A stretch of DNA of 64,000 nt, taken from assembly GCF_009914755.1 (NCBI RefSeq), contig NC_060926.1, one strand, 5' to 3'. Origin of the DNA: the human T2T-CHM13v2.0 reference genome, Homo sapiens. The notes beneath the pieces are model-generated. The model was not told the origin of the DNA. It did no database searches and saw only the letters and a program-made list of their open reading frames with translations. Position numbers and translations under genes: made by a program. How positions within the stretch are numbered: position 1 is the first letter of the stretch; the number at the start of each line of letters is the position of its first letter. Positions 25,839 to 40,359 of this stretch are shown here, piece after piece.

Positions 25839-27619
25839 CAGCCACCTCATATGTGCATTAGGAAGCATACATGAGAGAATGTGCTTAAATTCCTTAACAG
25901 AATACCTGCCTCAAGGTATGGTAGAAATGGTTTAGAAATTTTTGGAGATTCACGCTATATTGCCTATAATTTATTAATTCTAATTATATTCATATTAGCT
26001 ATATAGTATCTTGTATATATTCTTTTCTTCTATTCATTAAAATCTCTAAAGAATCTCCCTAGTTACAGTCATTGCTAGGTATCTATTCTATACACAACAG
26101 AGTATCTCACTTATTCACTCCTTACTTCTTCTCTTCAGTACCCAGCAGAATGAGTAACACATATTTGATGAATTACAGGAATGAATTGGGAGAATTCTGT
26201 CTAAATATAGTAGCCAAAGGTCTTGTGGTCAGATTAACAAAAGAAATTAGTTCTACAGCAGCAGAAAGAATATTACCTACTTACCTGAACAACTTGCTTC
26301 TAATTGAATTTAATACTGAGAAAGGCCTCTAGGATCTCTAATATTTGAAGTCTACAGGCTTAAAGTTGCTCTTCCTGGTTTCAGATATGATGTTGCCCCC
26401 TTTGCTTTAATAACGTGTTTTTGAAGAACAATTTTCCTCCTATGCCTTATAATTGTAGGTGGAAATGTATAATTGCATATATATATATACATATATAAAT
26501 ATATATTTCAATTTATCTTACAATGAGTCAGTAAAAAAAAAAAAACATGAACCAGCCAATCACCAATTTGTTTTTCTTTAACCCTGAAAGTTTTCTCCCC
26601 ATGATAGATACAAGAAACTAAAATTTGTCTTTGTGCAAGTAAATGTGCATGCAATTCAGGATATGCTCATTAATAATTAAGTAAATGCCACTCATATTTA
26701 TTAAAAATTTCTTTATATATTTTTTTGGAAAATTATTTTTTACAAAATCATATACCAAGTTAATGTTCTGATTATTGCTTATTAGCGACATAGTATCTTA
26801 TATATATTTGTATTAATTGTACATAATATTAATTGCAGTTTCAAATGTAATGATGCAAACATTGAAGAAAAGGCCTTGCTGGCTAACATTTTTCTCCATA
26901 GATTTTATGAAGGACTGACTCTCTAATCAGGATTTTGAGCTCTTTGATTGCTGAACTAGCAAACAGTTTGTAAGTTACATATGGTGCTAGCTGAAAATGC
27001 AGACTTTGCAAGACTTTCTAAGAATTTCAGAAATGGCACAAAAGGAAATATTAAGTGTACACAGTAGTAAAGGTATGATGAGGAAGACACATTCAATGAC
27101 AAAGTAAATTCGTTCAGAAAAAGAGCAGCACAGGCAATCAAGATAACCAGTTTTGCCACATTGCCCTTGAGAAAGGTATTGAGAATTCTGGCCTCCATCT
27201 TTGCTAGAGATAAACTCATCACTTTACAGCTGAAGCTATCCAAAATAGAAAATGCTTTATTCTTACTCTCTTATAAATTGGTGAAATGACAAACCAAGCA
27301 AAGGAAATATTTTTCAATGATCGGAAAAGCCACCTTATACCTTCTCTTGCCAGCTTCTCTCAGAAATCCCTCAAACCAATCCATGTGCCATATGAAATTA
27401 GTTGCATTAAATTTATTTTACAAGATCCTAATAGCTTTGGACCAACAACTTAGCAAACTAATGAAAGCAACTTCTGACTTGGAAACATTTCTTTCCATTT
27501 GGAAATACTGCAGCCAAGGAAAAATTTTTTGAAAAAAAATATAGAAGGCAAATAATAATCTGTAATAATAGAACTGAATTGTGAATAAAATAGCATACTG
27601 ATGAAGAAGAAAGATGCAT

Positions 27620-28330
27620 AACTGCCCTCTCCAAGGCCTATGTAGCGGGCCCTTTTTGGAAGTTAGGATTGATTGGATTGGCCAGAGTCTGTTTTGTTGT
27701 GCATAGAGCTTCCTGTTGGCTGGCCTGATACAACACGCTATTAACTAATTTGGGCTGGAGCATCATTATTCTCCATGAAGAATTTAAAGAAGATCTTGAC
27801 TTGAGCTGATTGCAAGAGAAGTCATGCTGCGCCATGCAGTATAAAAATATCATCAGTCTTATGCCACTGGCACATTCAGACACCTAGTGGGATAAGCCAG
27901 GCATCAATGTTCAAGGTTTTATATAAGGTAACAGCTGCTTTGGTCAGACAGTTAATTAAATATGTTAATTTCCCATACAACCAACAGTAGCGACAGCAGA
28001 TCAAAGAGGGATTTTATGACATTTCTGGGTTCTCTCCTATGCCCAGGACGATGGATTGTGCCCACATCATCTCCCAATGTCTTTTGTGAAATGGTGCTGC
28101 CTTTCCCCTTTGGAAATGGCCCTGTTCTATGACATTGCAAATATCGTACATGTTTTGGTACTACATTAACCACTGCCAATTGTCACCACTCCAGTCTTAA
28201 AAGGCTATTTGGGTCTGATCCCATTTGTAGTGTTTGGTTAGTCAGTAAATATCACAAATCATGCTGAACGCAGGGAATGGGATCTTTCTCCATTTGCTTC
28301 ATTCTAGGTTGGCATTTATGTTTTGTCTTC
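27620..28330. promoter_or_regulatory. Candidate developmental enhancer (unique sequence, motif cluster)
   Basis: AGATCAAAG (TCF/LEF) at 27998-28006, TTTTATGAC (posterior HOX/CDX-like) at 28012-28020, two ATTGG at 27672-27681, CAGCTG and TAATTA; no recognisable repeat. Confidence 0.35.
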
Positions 28331-29146
28331 ATGGAACTGATAGGACACAGATTGTAAATCACTGTATGAACAATGACAAGATTCCATCCTAGGCATGCAG
28401 AAGCATCAAAAGATTGTTCTAGATTGTGTTACAAGTTAATCACATGGAGTACACAGAACTCAGAATACATGTTTACACATAATACTCAAATGTACTTTGT
28501 GGCAATATATGACACTATGTGAGGAGAAAAATGTTCTCAATTCATGAGAAATGCTAGTCATACTATCTAGCAGTTATAAATATAACAGTGACGTGGAGCC
28601 ATTTATAACACTTTTTGGATCATACAGGACTCTGAGGATGGCTAGGGAGATTGTACTCTCTTTGTGATGACAATTGCTTCTCTTTCCTTAAACAAAAGAT
28701 TCAGAGAAACTGTACTCTCAAAGAGCAATTGGAGCTGGTCCGGATTTGGTAATTAGCATTTTGATAGAAAAATTTATTAGACTACAAATTTCTTGGGGAA
28801 CTTCAAAATGCTCATAGTTGCTGATTAGGTAATCACCACTATAATGCATATATTCTCAGGACTAATGTAACTTTTTAAAGAGGGGTGATGATTATATAGC
28901 ACATGTATTAGTGACATTGCTTAAAAATGTCTATTCTCCATGCCATTATATCTGAAAGCAAAGTGATGTGGTACAAAAGAATAATGAACCAGCATTTCTG
29001 TCATAATTGCCATCATGTCTCTATTTTCTCATTTGGAAAATAAGAGACTTGAGGAAATAAACTTTGAGATGACACCCATTTCTAATTTTCTATTGAAGGC
29101 AATGTGATAATATAAAAACATTCTGGCCCATCACTAACCAGCTGGC

Positions 29147-30452
29147 AATCATATAAAATGCTCAATTAACACCACAAAAGGCAGAAGAGTGGAAGACAAA
29201 AATAGGAACTAAGAACAAGGGCAACAAACAGAAAACAGTAACAAATTTAGTAGATATTAATCCAACTATACCGGTATTCACTTTTAACATCAATGGTCTA
29301 AATACACTAACTAAAAGACAGAGATTGTCAGAGTGGATCAAGAAACAAGACCCAACTATATATTGTCTATGAGAAACCCACTTTAAATTTAAAGACACAT
29401 ACAGATAAAAAGCAGATGCATGGTGAAAGATATCAGGCTAACACTAATCAAAAGAAAGCAGGAGTAGCTGTGTTAATTTCAGATGAAACAGACTTCAGAC
29501 TAAGGTGTTTACCCCTGTATCAGGGACAAAGAGAGGCATTACGTATTGATAAAGGGGTCACTTCTCTGAGAAGACATATCCTTGATGTGTACATACCCAA
29601 TAACACAGCATTAAATAACTGGAGCAAAAACTGATAGAACTTCAAGGAGAAATAGATGCAGCTATTATTGTAGTTGGATGCTTTAACATACCTCTATCAG
29701 AAACGGACAGGTTAATCAGACAGGAAATCAGTAAGGATGTAGTTGAATTCTACAATACCAATCAGCTGAATAAAATGGACATCTATAGATTGCTTTATCC
29801 AACAATAACAGGGTATACATTCTTTTCAAGCTCACATGGAACACTCACCAAAATCAACCAAATTCTAGGTTAAGAAACATAACAAATGTAAAAGAATAGA
29901 AGTCATAAAATGTCTGCTGTCAGACCACAGTACAATTAAACTAGAAATCAATAACAGAAAGATAGCTGAGAATATTGAAAATAATTACAGATTAAACAAC
30001 ACATGAGTCAAAGAAGAAATGAAGATAAATTTTAAAATACTTTCAACTAATTGAAAATGAAAATAAAACTTATCAAAATCTGTGGAATAAAGCAAAAGCA
30101 GTTCTTAGCCAGATATTTATGGCATTGAATGCATCTACTAGAAAAGAAAAAATATAAAATAATCACTTATACTTCTATCCCAGGAAACTAGAAAGAGAGC
30201 AAATTAAATCCAAACTAAGCAGAAGAAAAAGAATAGTAAGTATTAGAGCAGAAAACAATAAAATTGCAAACAGGAAATCAATAAATCCAAAAGCTGTTTA
30301 TTTTTTAAATATCAAAGGTCTTTTCCCTTGAAAAATCCAGAGGTCAATACACCTTTAACCATGCTAAGGAAAAGAGAGAATACAAATTACTAATATCAAA
30401 AATGAAAGAGGGGACATCACTACAGATCTCATGGACATTAAAAAGATAAAGT
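29147..30452 (+). mobile_element. L1M (L1MB/MC-type) fragment: inter-ORF and ORF2 endonuclease region
   Basis: aacatcaatggtctaaatacac...gagtggatcaagaaacaagacccaactatatattgtct (NxNGLN...WIKKQDPTICCLQET); the ORF at 29416 reads YQANTNQKKAGVAVLISD. Confidence 0.92.
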
Positions 30453-31629
30453 ATTTGACATATAGCAAGTTTTCTAATATGACCAATTCATAAAGGACAT
30501 TTTAAAAAGATAGTTGTAAACATATAATCAAAGATGGACACCAAAGCCTAGCACAGGTCTATAAAACTTGCTGAAGAAAAAAAAAAGCCATTTTTGGAAT
30601 AAAAACATGATTTAATTAGGAAAAGGACATCTGTTTGTCAGAAAATGAGACACTAACATGTAGCATAGATGAGGCATCACTATTAACTATCTTTCTTCAA
30701 GTACTGTCATCTAGGAAATTAGTGAGAATTGAACCAGGAGAGAGCAGAATCAATATCACAAGGAGGAGGAAGATTTTCAGAGCAAGAGAAAAGAGAAATC
30801 CAGTAGCCAGTGGTTTTATTTCATTTCAGATCTCTAGGTCCATTGGAGTTTCCTCCTGAGGTAACAAATGTAGATTCTAACTATGACTGCAGAACACATG
30901 AAATACCTTAGAGGTTGAGAGAATGAGAGTGGGGTGATTACTGAAATTATAAAATTATAATTTTAGAGTCAATGTTCAGCATATTAAATATGAATTGTAA
31001 GTCATTTTAAAAATAACAGTGATAGTTGATATGAAACTGTCTGCTCTTCCCTGAATGGGCAGTTGGAGGATGGAAGTGATGTGCAGACAGCAGTTTCCCA
31101 GGGCCTCAGTTAGGCAATATGAATCCAGGGCACAATGACCAAAACAAGCATCTTGGGATTTCCAGGTCAGTGACAAGATAACCAATGATGAGCTAGCTGG
31201 TTTTCCAAATGCAAAGATATCTAATGAAATAAAGGTTACAAAATAAAAAAGGACAAAGATTGCACAGCTGCCAAATCATGAGATTTCAGTTCACGAGTAA
31301 GAATTTGCACAGATGTCAAACATTTGCTCTGGTTTATATGCAGTGACTGCTACCTCTGCTGTAGGTCTCTAAGGCAAGAGTTAAAAGAACAGATGAAACT
31401 TGTGGATTTCCTCAGAAGCAGCATGATCTACCCACCTCATTTGCATATTGAGATATTTATTGTTAGAAAAATGCCACACAAAGCATTCCCTGATTTTACT
31501 CTGACACTGCACATTATCTCACAGAATTGAAATTAGCATAATCTTTCTTGAAAGAGAGTTGAAGTTTTATTATTTTCTTATCCCTTTTCTTTCTGCTTTC
31601 TTTACATTTCCATTTTTTAAAGTTATCAT

Positions 31630-31825
31630 GTACCTGGCACTGGTCTACATACTAATGTTATCTCTGAGAAACTTTACACCAATTCCATAAGGAAAGTACC
31701 TTTCCTTGTGAGGGAGGAGTATTTTACACATGATAATAAAGTAACTTGCCCAAGTCTGTCAGCCAGATAGTGGCTGAGGATTCCAACCCATATTTATTTG
31801 GCTTTTCAGTCTGAGTTCTTAATGT
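31630..31825 (-). mobile_element. MIR
   Basis: tacctggcactg...aagtaacttgcccaag...ggattccaaccca. Confidence 0.65.
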
Positions 31826-32144
31826 TCCACCTCTCAGCTTCCTAAGGTAGAAGCTGGAGTACTCAAAAGCATACCTGGAAGAAAAGGAGGTTACATAAAA
31901 TTATTATAACATTAGGCTGGAACCTTAGATATAATGAATCCAACAGTCTCTTATTGCTCTTGTAAAACACGAGAGAAATATGGCAGGGCTGTCCAGAGAA
32001 CAACTCACCCAAAGAGAATGGTGTAATGAATATGAAGAGAGGTCTCTAGTGAGAAGTTAAAGAACTCAGTCTTTTGTCCCAATTTACTCATTAAAAAAAA
32101 GCGCGGTATTGATTAGTTGTAATTCCACATTATAGTTGAATATT

Positions 32145-32310
32145 GTTTTATAGCTTATAGAGCACTTTAAAATAAGTTATCTCATGCAATTTGATCTTTA
32201 CAGAAGCTCTATTACCTATAGCAAGGGGGGAATGTTACATTCTTAATTTTATAAATAAGAAAGCTAAGATTTGAGTTACAAAACTATCTTGAAATTGTAT
32301 AACTAGCAGA
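32145..32310 (-). mobile_element. MIR fragment
   Basis: agcacttt...ttatctcat...ttgatctttaca...attttataaataagaaagctaag. Confidence 0.55.
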
Positions 32311-32399
32311 TCTATATCAAAAGACAAGCTTTTTTTGTTGGGTTGGTTGTATTGATTTTTAGCTGCAAATGTGTTGTTCTATCACATTATCCTTTCTGA

Positions 32400-32800
32400 A
32401 ATGACATAGTCACCAAATTTTGTGTTTTGTAACAAATACAAAAAGTTTGATAGATTAATAATTATCCTAAAAGTGTTGAACTCAGGTCTGACACAATGGC
32501 AATTAATTTCAATTAAAATAAATAAATGTAAAGGTTGTATTTATATTTTAAAAAGAACTGCCCTGAATTAAGAGAACGTCCTTGTCACGAGCCTGTTGTG
32601 AATCAATCTTGCAATAAAATTTTTCATGAAAACAAGACGGAATTAGGAGAAATACATTCTTCTAGGGAACAGGAGTGACAGCTTTGTCTTTTCTGCATCA
32701 GTCACAACGCAACCAGAGTTTTAAATTCAGTAATTGATAGCACATTTAAGAGTGATGTTGGCAAGCTGAAGTCCAGAGGAGGTGACTAAGTGGTGAGATG
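32400..32800 (+). mobile_element. L3/CR1 LINE fragment (RT C-terminal region)
   Basis: ataaatgtaaaggtt (KCKV) and cacatttaagagtgatgttggcaagctgaagtccagaggaggtgactaagtggtga, matching the CR1 PHFKRDIDKLERVQRRATRMV motif. Confidence 0.65.
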
Positions 32801-33489
32801 AAGTTGGAAAAGGGCCTGGCTCATGGGTCGGGCATTGCCCAGTGCCACAGGCAGAGTTCTAAAGATCTGAAATTTATCATTTCCTTTTATCGTTATAACA
32901 AACTTAGACAATAGAAACTAGCATTATTCCTATCCCACAGTTAAATGAACAGTCATCTTTCTAATACTGAGAATAATCATCGTTAAACATTCATTTTGCG
33001 AAAGACTTATCAAGGAGCACAATTAGAATGATGCAGTTATGCTAGAGAAACTCTAACATCCTATAAGGTTCTAGATTTATTTACTCTTTGATGTTCTTCT
33101 AATCTTCATCCCCCTAGACCCCTTGGGTCTCAAAATTCAATTAAAGCTAAAGTTTACTTATGTTGGTGAGCATAAACATGAATAATGATGTTAACATAAA
33201 CTTTACCTACACCATAACCTTACCTATACCATTATATATAATATAGATCAAATGTAGATAACTATAAATTTATATTGACTCTCACTTCACCATACACTTT
33301 ATATATGCCATGAAATTAAAAAAAAAACTAAATATTTCAGCACCTTAATAAAGTGTTGTTTTACTTTGTTACTTTAAATAACTGAATCCCTTCTTAGCTA
33401 TTCCTCTATATTTTTTCTATTTTTTCCAATGTTTAATTATTTACTTAAAAAAATTGAACCAGTAGGTAAAAAAAGACAGGGGACAAATA

Positions 33490-34248
33490 CAGAAAAAGTT
33501 CCATCTATCACTGCTCTGACACCAATTCTGTGACATCAATTAGATGTCCTGAATTTAACTGAATTCCAACACTCACTACCTGGTGTCAGCACCTGATTCC
33601 ACAAGTCAAAGGCAAAGTTCCCCAAAAGCCTATCCTTACTTCAGACATCAGTCACAAACGTTGGGGGCCACTTCTGACAGACCAACTATACATTTGGGGA
33701 TTCCCACCACACTCTCAAGTTTGATAATTTGTGAGAACAACTCACAGAACTCACTGAAAGCATTTTCCTTGATTGAGGTTTTGTTATAAAGGATACAAAT
33801 CAGGAGCAACCCAAGCAGAGACATGTAGTGTGAGGTCTGAGTGTGAGCTCTTCATGCACAGCTTCTGCACACTCCCCTCCTGGAAGGTGGGCACAGCATC
33901 TTCCCAGCACTGCAACATATTTGCCAACCAAAAGATCCACTGAACCTCACATTCCAGAATTTTCACTGGGTTGTCATTAGACAGACATGGTTGAGTAAAT
34001 CACTGGCAACCTGATGGAACTCAGTCTCCAGCCTCCCTCTTCTCTTCCAGCTGACTCAAAATGCCAACCCTCTAATTACATGATAGGTCTTTCTGGTTAG
34101 AAACCCCTTTCCTGAAACTATCTCCACCCCTACCTACTCACCAGTAGTCACTTCATTAGCACAACAAAGATACTCCTAAAACTTGAAAATGCCAAGGGGT
34201 TTGTCAGGACCCAGGAACAAAGACTAAATATATGTTTTATTATACCAT
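33490..34248 (-). mobile_element. MER21-family LTR (MER21B/C)
   Basis: ctgacacc...cttcagacatcagtcacaa...ctcacagaactcactgaaagca...ataaaggatacaaatcagga...ggaacaaagactaaatatatgttttattatacca. Confidence 0.85.
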
Positions 34249-36263
34249 GTTATCTATTTACCTATCTAACTGCTTAATGTAGTTTACTATAAAAATGACA
34301 GATCCTTTCTATACAACCACATTTAAACTTTGAGAAAATATCTAGTTGATTTGAATGAGTTATATTCAAACATCAGAAAAATTCATGTTTTAAGAACATT
34401 TGCCACTTTGGTAATGAGTAATGAGGAAATGCAGAGAGAGATTTTATTGATTAGCCATGCCCAGAATGATTCTGAGGACCACTCACATTCTGCTCTTTAA
34501 AGTAGTTATCCTAGGTTAAGGATCAGCCTGGTCATGTTGGAGTGAATCTAAATTGCATGACTGGAAAGAGTTTGCAATGTTTTCCCCTTCCCTTTTGTCA
34601 ATGAAGCAGGATATGTCTATCAAAGGCAGAGAAAATGAAGGGGTGGGAAAAGAAACTGCGTAGCAGCAGCGTTTCTGTGTGTGTCTAGCAGAGCATGAGA
34701 AAATGAGGATGATGCTGGTTTAGTTTCCATTCTATTCATCCCTGAAGTTGCGTAGATAACATAATAAATGAATACTGTAGTTCCTTTAATTCGACATAAT
34801 GCACACGCACTCTGTGAGGTTTATAGCTTTCCTAAGGTTTTGTGGCAATGTTTGTAGAAACTTTAGAACAACTGTGAGGTCTACAGGGGATAAAGTCCCT
34901 GAGAAATGGAGTGCTTTGTTAGATGGAGTGGAGACGAAGGGCATACATCCTGCTTATCATGCACACTCAAGGCTTGATGCAATGCTGACTTGACAGGTAG
35001 AGAGCAGAGAATTACCGTGTCTGTTCACAGTCCCTGAAATGACATCCTCTGGATACAGCTTCCTGCCAGGGGAGAAACAGACTATCTGGTATTTTGACAA
35101 AGAAGAGTTTATAAACACTCGAGAAAACTTGGACCTTTGGCAAAAGAGAGATTACGGGAGGGGGCAGGGATGCAGCGTCAAATCAAGAATGTCTGGATGA
35201 AAGTCAGCCAGTACTAAACAACATTGCTGAAGAATCTAATGATGTGTGTTTTAGTTGCAGAGAAGGCTGAGTAGCAGTTTGGGACATCTATTACTTATTT
35301 TTCTTATTGTGCCATAAAACATATAAACTTCTAATAAAAATCATTCTGAATAATTTCTAATTAAGTTGGGGCAGAAAAAGAGTGTGAGACTTAAATGTAG
35401 ATCTTTATATCTTGGGAATGAAATATTTTCACACCCACAAGATGGACTTGAGTGATTTAAGCTACCCTCCTAGTTATAGAATTTCTATAACTGTTGCTCA
35501 TCAGGTGAGAGAGGAATATGACAAGGTTTCTGTTTGAGCCTTAGGAAGGCTACAAAAGAGGCAAAGCTACCTTGGTTACAGTTGCAGTTTTTTATATTGA
35601 CAAATTCTTATTTAATTAGCTGCATGTCTTTCTGTCACTATAGCTACTGCAAAGGTTTCATTATTCATTAAATAAGCAATGAATATAGACAAAAATTGCA
35701 GCCACATGGGCTGCACAAACGCATTTTCATATTATTAACATGTTGCCAACTTGCAACTCTTCGAAGTCTGAGTAAATGTTTTGACAAGAAGAGACAGCAA
35801 GGACAAATAAGAAGTAGCGGTCTTGAAGAAATTCAGCCCCAGTTCTAACAGCTTTAAAGTCTTAAGAGTGTTTTTGCTGGGGCAGTACCAGATAAATTGC
35901 TCTTATATGTGCATGTAAGAGACTAAAATTCCTTTGAAAGTTTATAATTTCTCATGGGAAAACACAACATAAAAGTAACTTTTACTCATAGAAAAACAAA
36001 ACCATATTTTCCTGTCAACCTTTGCTGTTGGGAATTTCTAACTTTTTGCATTTTTTTCCTGTGATATTTAGCTGGCCCAAGGGACAGGCGTTTACAACAT
36101 AATTTACTTTCAACGTGTCTCTGTAAATCATTGTAATACTCTCTATTGCTTGTGGAGAGAAGAAAGAAAAAAAAAACCCAACAGGGTTTTATGTCCCACT
36201 TTCCTTAGACTCCAACAGGCTAAACTCAAGCAGAAACTTTCCCTTTTAATGTCCACATGCAAA

Positions 36264-36264
<1 letters not shown>

Positions 36265-36310
<46 letters not shown>
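36265..36310. repeat. (AC)23 perfect microsatellite
   Basis: Read directly. Confidence 0.97.
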
Positions 36311-36312
<2 letters not shown>

Positions 36313-39089
36313 GAAATACGTACAATGAGTACAGGTAAACTTAGAACTATGGGCAGGCTCCAAGGGAAAATTTGTATTTTAGGGTTAATTGGGAGAGCTG
36401 AGAGTTGTCTTAGGTGATGTGAAAATTGCAGAACTATTCAAATCGTTGCAGAGTAGGTGGGTCACCTTCAGCCAAATGACTTAAAATCTTTTTTTCATAA
36501 AAATCCTAAGGACCTGTTAACACACTTTTGCCAAGCTATTAATATCAAGGATCATTCAGTTTTATATGAGAATTTGATGACTATACACTGGTTGAACCTT
36601 CACCTTTTACAACCTTAATGGGGATTTATTAGCTATTTCACAGTGTGTAAATTTGAATCTAGGTCAGATGAGGAAGAAAAATAGGGCATATCGAGACCTA
36701 AAGAGTAACCTGAAAAATAATACATCAGAGAAAAAAAAAGGAAAGAAAGAAAAGGTGCAAAATTAAACAGATGACTAGAAGTTTCTTAAGCAATCTGAGA
36801 TTTGAAGACAGAACCTGCGAAATTAGGATTCAGTGTAGACCATTTGAGCTCAAATGCAGGTGACTAGTGAATTTGGTTCCTAAACAGTGCTGCAGATTAA
36901 GGAGTTAAAATAGCTTATTAACCTGCTTCGGCTAACTGTCTATAACAGGAAATGTGACCCAGGTGGGTTTGATATTCACAAGATTAAAGCTTATGTCTAC
37001 CATCAAATGGTGACCACATTAAAGCTGTTTTAATGAGGCCAGGGGAGATAATGAATGAATGTTGCTTATTCACTGCAGAGGAGACAGCCTGACCTTATTC
37101 TAACCTCTTTGCTGCCAGGTATCTAAAGCAACATGTTAGTCCTGCTTAAAGCCAAAATGGGATGGTCCAGAAGATAAAAACAAGCCAAATGCTTAGGAGA
37201 ATGATTTTGCTGGTGTTAAAGCCAAAAAAAATAAAAAAACAAAAAACAAAAACTATTCTCCCTAGAATCCTTATAAAAAGGACAGTGTGTAACAGGATGG
37301 TAATCATCCTCACTGTCACCTTTATCACAGACACAGCCATCAGTTTCATCAGGCAGTTTCCTATGGTGCCCCTCAATATTGTCCAGTTGCAACACCCAAG
37401 GAAAATAACCTACGTAAAGGAATGGGTGGAGGACTCTTATTTAAGGATCTAACTCTCTGCTGGTTTAACTTAATCCTGAGTAAATTTTGGAGGATCTAGA
37501 GGGACTGCTTATCTTTCAGGTAAGCCTTCATAAATACCAAACATTTGATAGATTTAAGACAGCAGTGTATTAGAGATTGCACTTGCTAGAAAATAGGCAG
37601 AGTACAGCAAATTCTATTGCCAATTTATTTTGTTTCCACTTGTTTTGCCAGTCAGCAGGAGTAGGGGGTAGGTCTTTGTGGAAACTGAGGGCCTAGTGAT
37701 GGTTTTTCCCAAATAAAATGTAATTTGTCTTCTGCTAAAAGGTGAACTAAAGCAACCATAATTAGAAAAGGTGGGAAAGGCATGAAATACTCTGTCACAT
37801 ATTTTGGTCATTGAGTACAAAAACTATCAAGTAAGGGAAAATTAATACAAGTGAGAATATATTTTAAGACTTGATCAACATATATACAGTAAGTAATTTA
37901 AGTTACAATAGCTTCAAAATCTTTTTGGAAAGAAAAGAAATGCATTAGATGTAAATGATGGAGTTTACATGAACTTTGTATTGGAATGCTGTTTCTCTTC
38001 AATAAGTTTATCAAGAAAGTTAATAGATGTGATAAATGAATACTGTAATTGTCTACATGTGCACAGCCTCGGCTTCTTAAGGATGGATATCGTTAGCTTA
38101 AAATACTGAAGAAAACTTAAGCCAGAGGGGGAAATCCTTAAAATTACTTTCCAGGCCAGATTTATTTTGGCAGTCACATTCAGGAAGATATGCAGTGTAC
38201 CAAGTTTTGAGTATTGTATTTGGACACTGATCCGTAATTTTAGTCATCAGTTTACTGGCAACTATCTGCTTGGACATTACTCCCACCTTCTAATAAGTAA
38301 CGTTAAATTAAAATGGTAACCCCCAACAAATGGCAACAGACAATTTTGGCAACAAAAGTAAAAATGATAATAGGACCCTTAAACTCACACAAAATTGTGT
38401 CAAGTAGTGATCCCATTTCATCATTATCTAAACACATTTAGATAAAGTTATCAATGCTTTTCATCACAACCAAGATCCTTGAAAAGATGATCTGCATCTA
38501 TCTTTGCTTCTTTATCTGTCACTTCTCTACCCACAGCAATGAGTCCCAGTAGTCAAGTCAAATGGAAAGTTGTCTGTTATCTTACATTAACTGAGCCATT
38601 TAATGTTATGGAAGTAAGATAATGGTTCAATAAGTGTTGGATGACTCTACCTTTGTTGGTGTTTTCTTAGCATAGCTACCATATATATCCTGATGGCTCT
38701 CCAATATCCATGTCTAGTCATCTTGCAGCAGGTTCAAAAGCTATATAATTAATGACTTACAAGGTGTTTCTGTTTAAGTGTTTCACAGACATATTCAAAT
38801 AAAAATGCTTGATTAAAACAAACAAAGACTGCAGGTGGGGTTTTTAAAAAATAAATAAAAATTTAAAAAGAGAAAAAAATGCTCAAAACCAAACATGGTT
38901 TTCCACTCCTCTTACCTCCGATGCAACATTCACCAAACCTGCCCTTCTATCTCAAGTTTTGTCAAAATCTCAGGGAAAAGAATCACTCAAAAACCTAGAG
39001 TCATCACTGATTTCTTCTTCTCCCTTCTTTTTCATAAACCAGTTAGTCACAATGTCCTGCAGATTAGGTTGTAAATAAATGATAATAAA

Positions 39090-39480
39090 TAAAGATTTGC
39101 CTAAAACAAAACAAAATCATTGTCTTATTTACCTGCAAACTTCAGGCTTAATTGGTTCTCTGGCTGAAATTCTGCCTCTGGACCATCTGCATTGTTTTGA
39201 TTGTTGGTAGATTTCCAATCATGGTGGCCAGATGGCTGCCAATAGTTCATATTCCGTCTTCCAGAAAATCCAGCTGAAAGAAAGAACTCCTTCCACACAA
39301 GTTTCAAACAACATCTGTAAATCTAATCGTATTGTCTATGCTTGGCCTGAATTAGATCAAGTGCTTATCCCTGATCTAAGCAGTGCAGGTAAGAAGAGGC
39401 AGCCACCTGACTGGTCAGGTCTGAATTGCCCATCCACACCTCTCTAGACCCAGGCTAATGTCACCTAAGACACAAGATTT
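39090..39480 (-). mobile_element. MLT1K/L-type MaLR LTR, degraded
   Basis: catggtggccagatggctgcca...gcttggcctgaattagatcaagtgcttatccctga...tgactggtcagg. Confidence 0.55.
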
Positions 39481-40359
39481 AGAATGGTGGTAGGTTTAAA
39501 GTCCAGAAATTAGGAGAGAAGTTAGTAGTATATTTCAAGAATGTATTTTTTATCTTTTTTTCCTAAAAATGAGGGAGACAAATACAGAAACAAAAATAAA
39601 AATGTGAATATTTTAAAGCATACCCATGCTATAACTTTATGAATTAGGAATTGGGTAAAAGTAGGAGTATTTTGGAAGTCATCTGGGTAGGTCTGGTTAC
39701 TAGGAGGTCCCCTTGGAAAGCTTCTGTCTATCTTCTAAGCAGGCAACAATGTTTATACATAGTAAGTCTTAATGCTTTTATTCTTTCAAAACAAGTTCTG
39801 TATTTTAAAAAAGTAATTAATTTTGCTTTTTCTAACTTGAATAGTAGAATAATAGTTCAAGGGACAGAATGGAAATACGAAGAGAAAGTTGGTTTTTTTT
39901 TGTTTTTTTTTTTTTTTTTTTGGTTTGAGGAAAACTCAGGAATGACTTAAATCATGGAGATTAAGTACATAAAGATATTTCATACTAATTTTATCCACCA
40001 GCTGTTTCTTTCCACTGCAAATTAAACAAAGGGAAAAGCTTAAAATTTGCAGAAAGAGGATTTAGATTAGGCATAGGAATCTAATGTTTCCATGCATATT
40101 GAATGCACCTGTAGCAAGAGCAGACTGACCCTCAGGTAGCTTTGGCATGAAGTTGTGCTTCATCTTGCTACAACAGCATAATGATGGTTTCTCCCCTCCC
40201 TCCGCCGCCCCCACCCCCATGCTCCTCTGATCCTTTCTGATTAAGGAAGCAGAAAAGCTCTCAGGGTTGGTGGGTACTAAAATACATTCACCATGGGAAG
40301 GAGGTCTATGTCTTTCTCTTCTGCTACATTTCCAATAAGCTGTGAGAGATGCTATCTGC

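Noticed and set aside
26278-26325. Perfect minus-strand donor CAG|GTAAGT with a possible 31-nt exon
   Set aside because: The acceptor is weak, the length is not frame-preserving, and isolated consensus donors are expected by chance in 64 kb.
37505-37525. ttatctttcag|gtaagc as a recursive splice site
   Set aside because: The pyrimidine tract is short and there are AGs within ~20 nt upstream; it is much weaker than the 47323 site.
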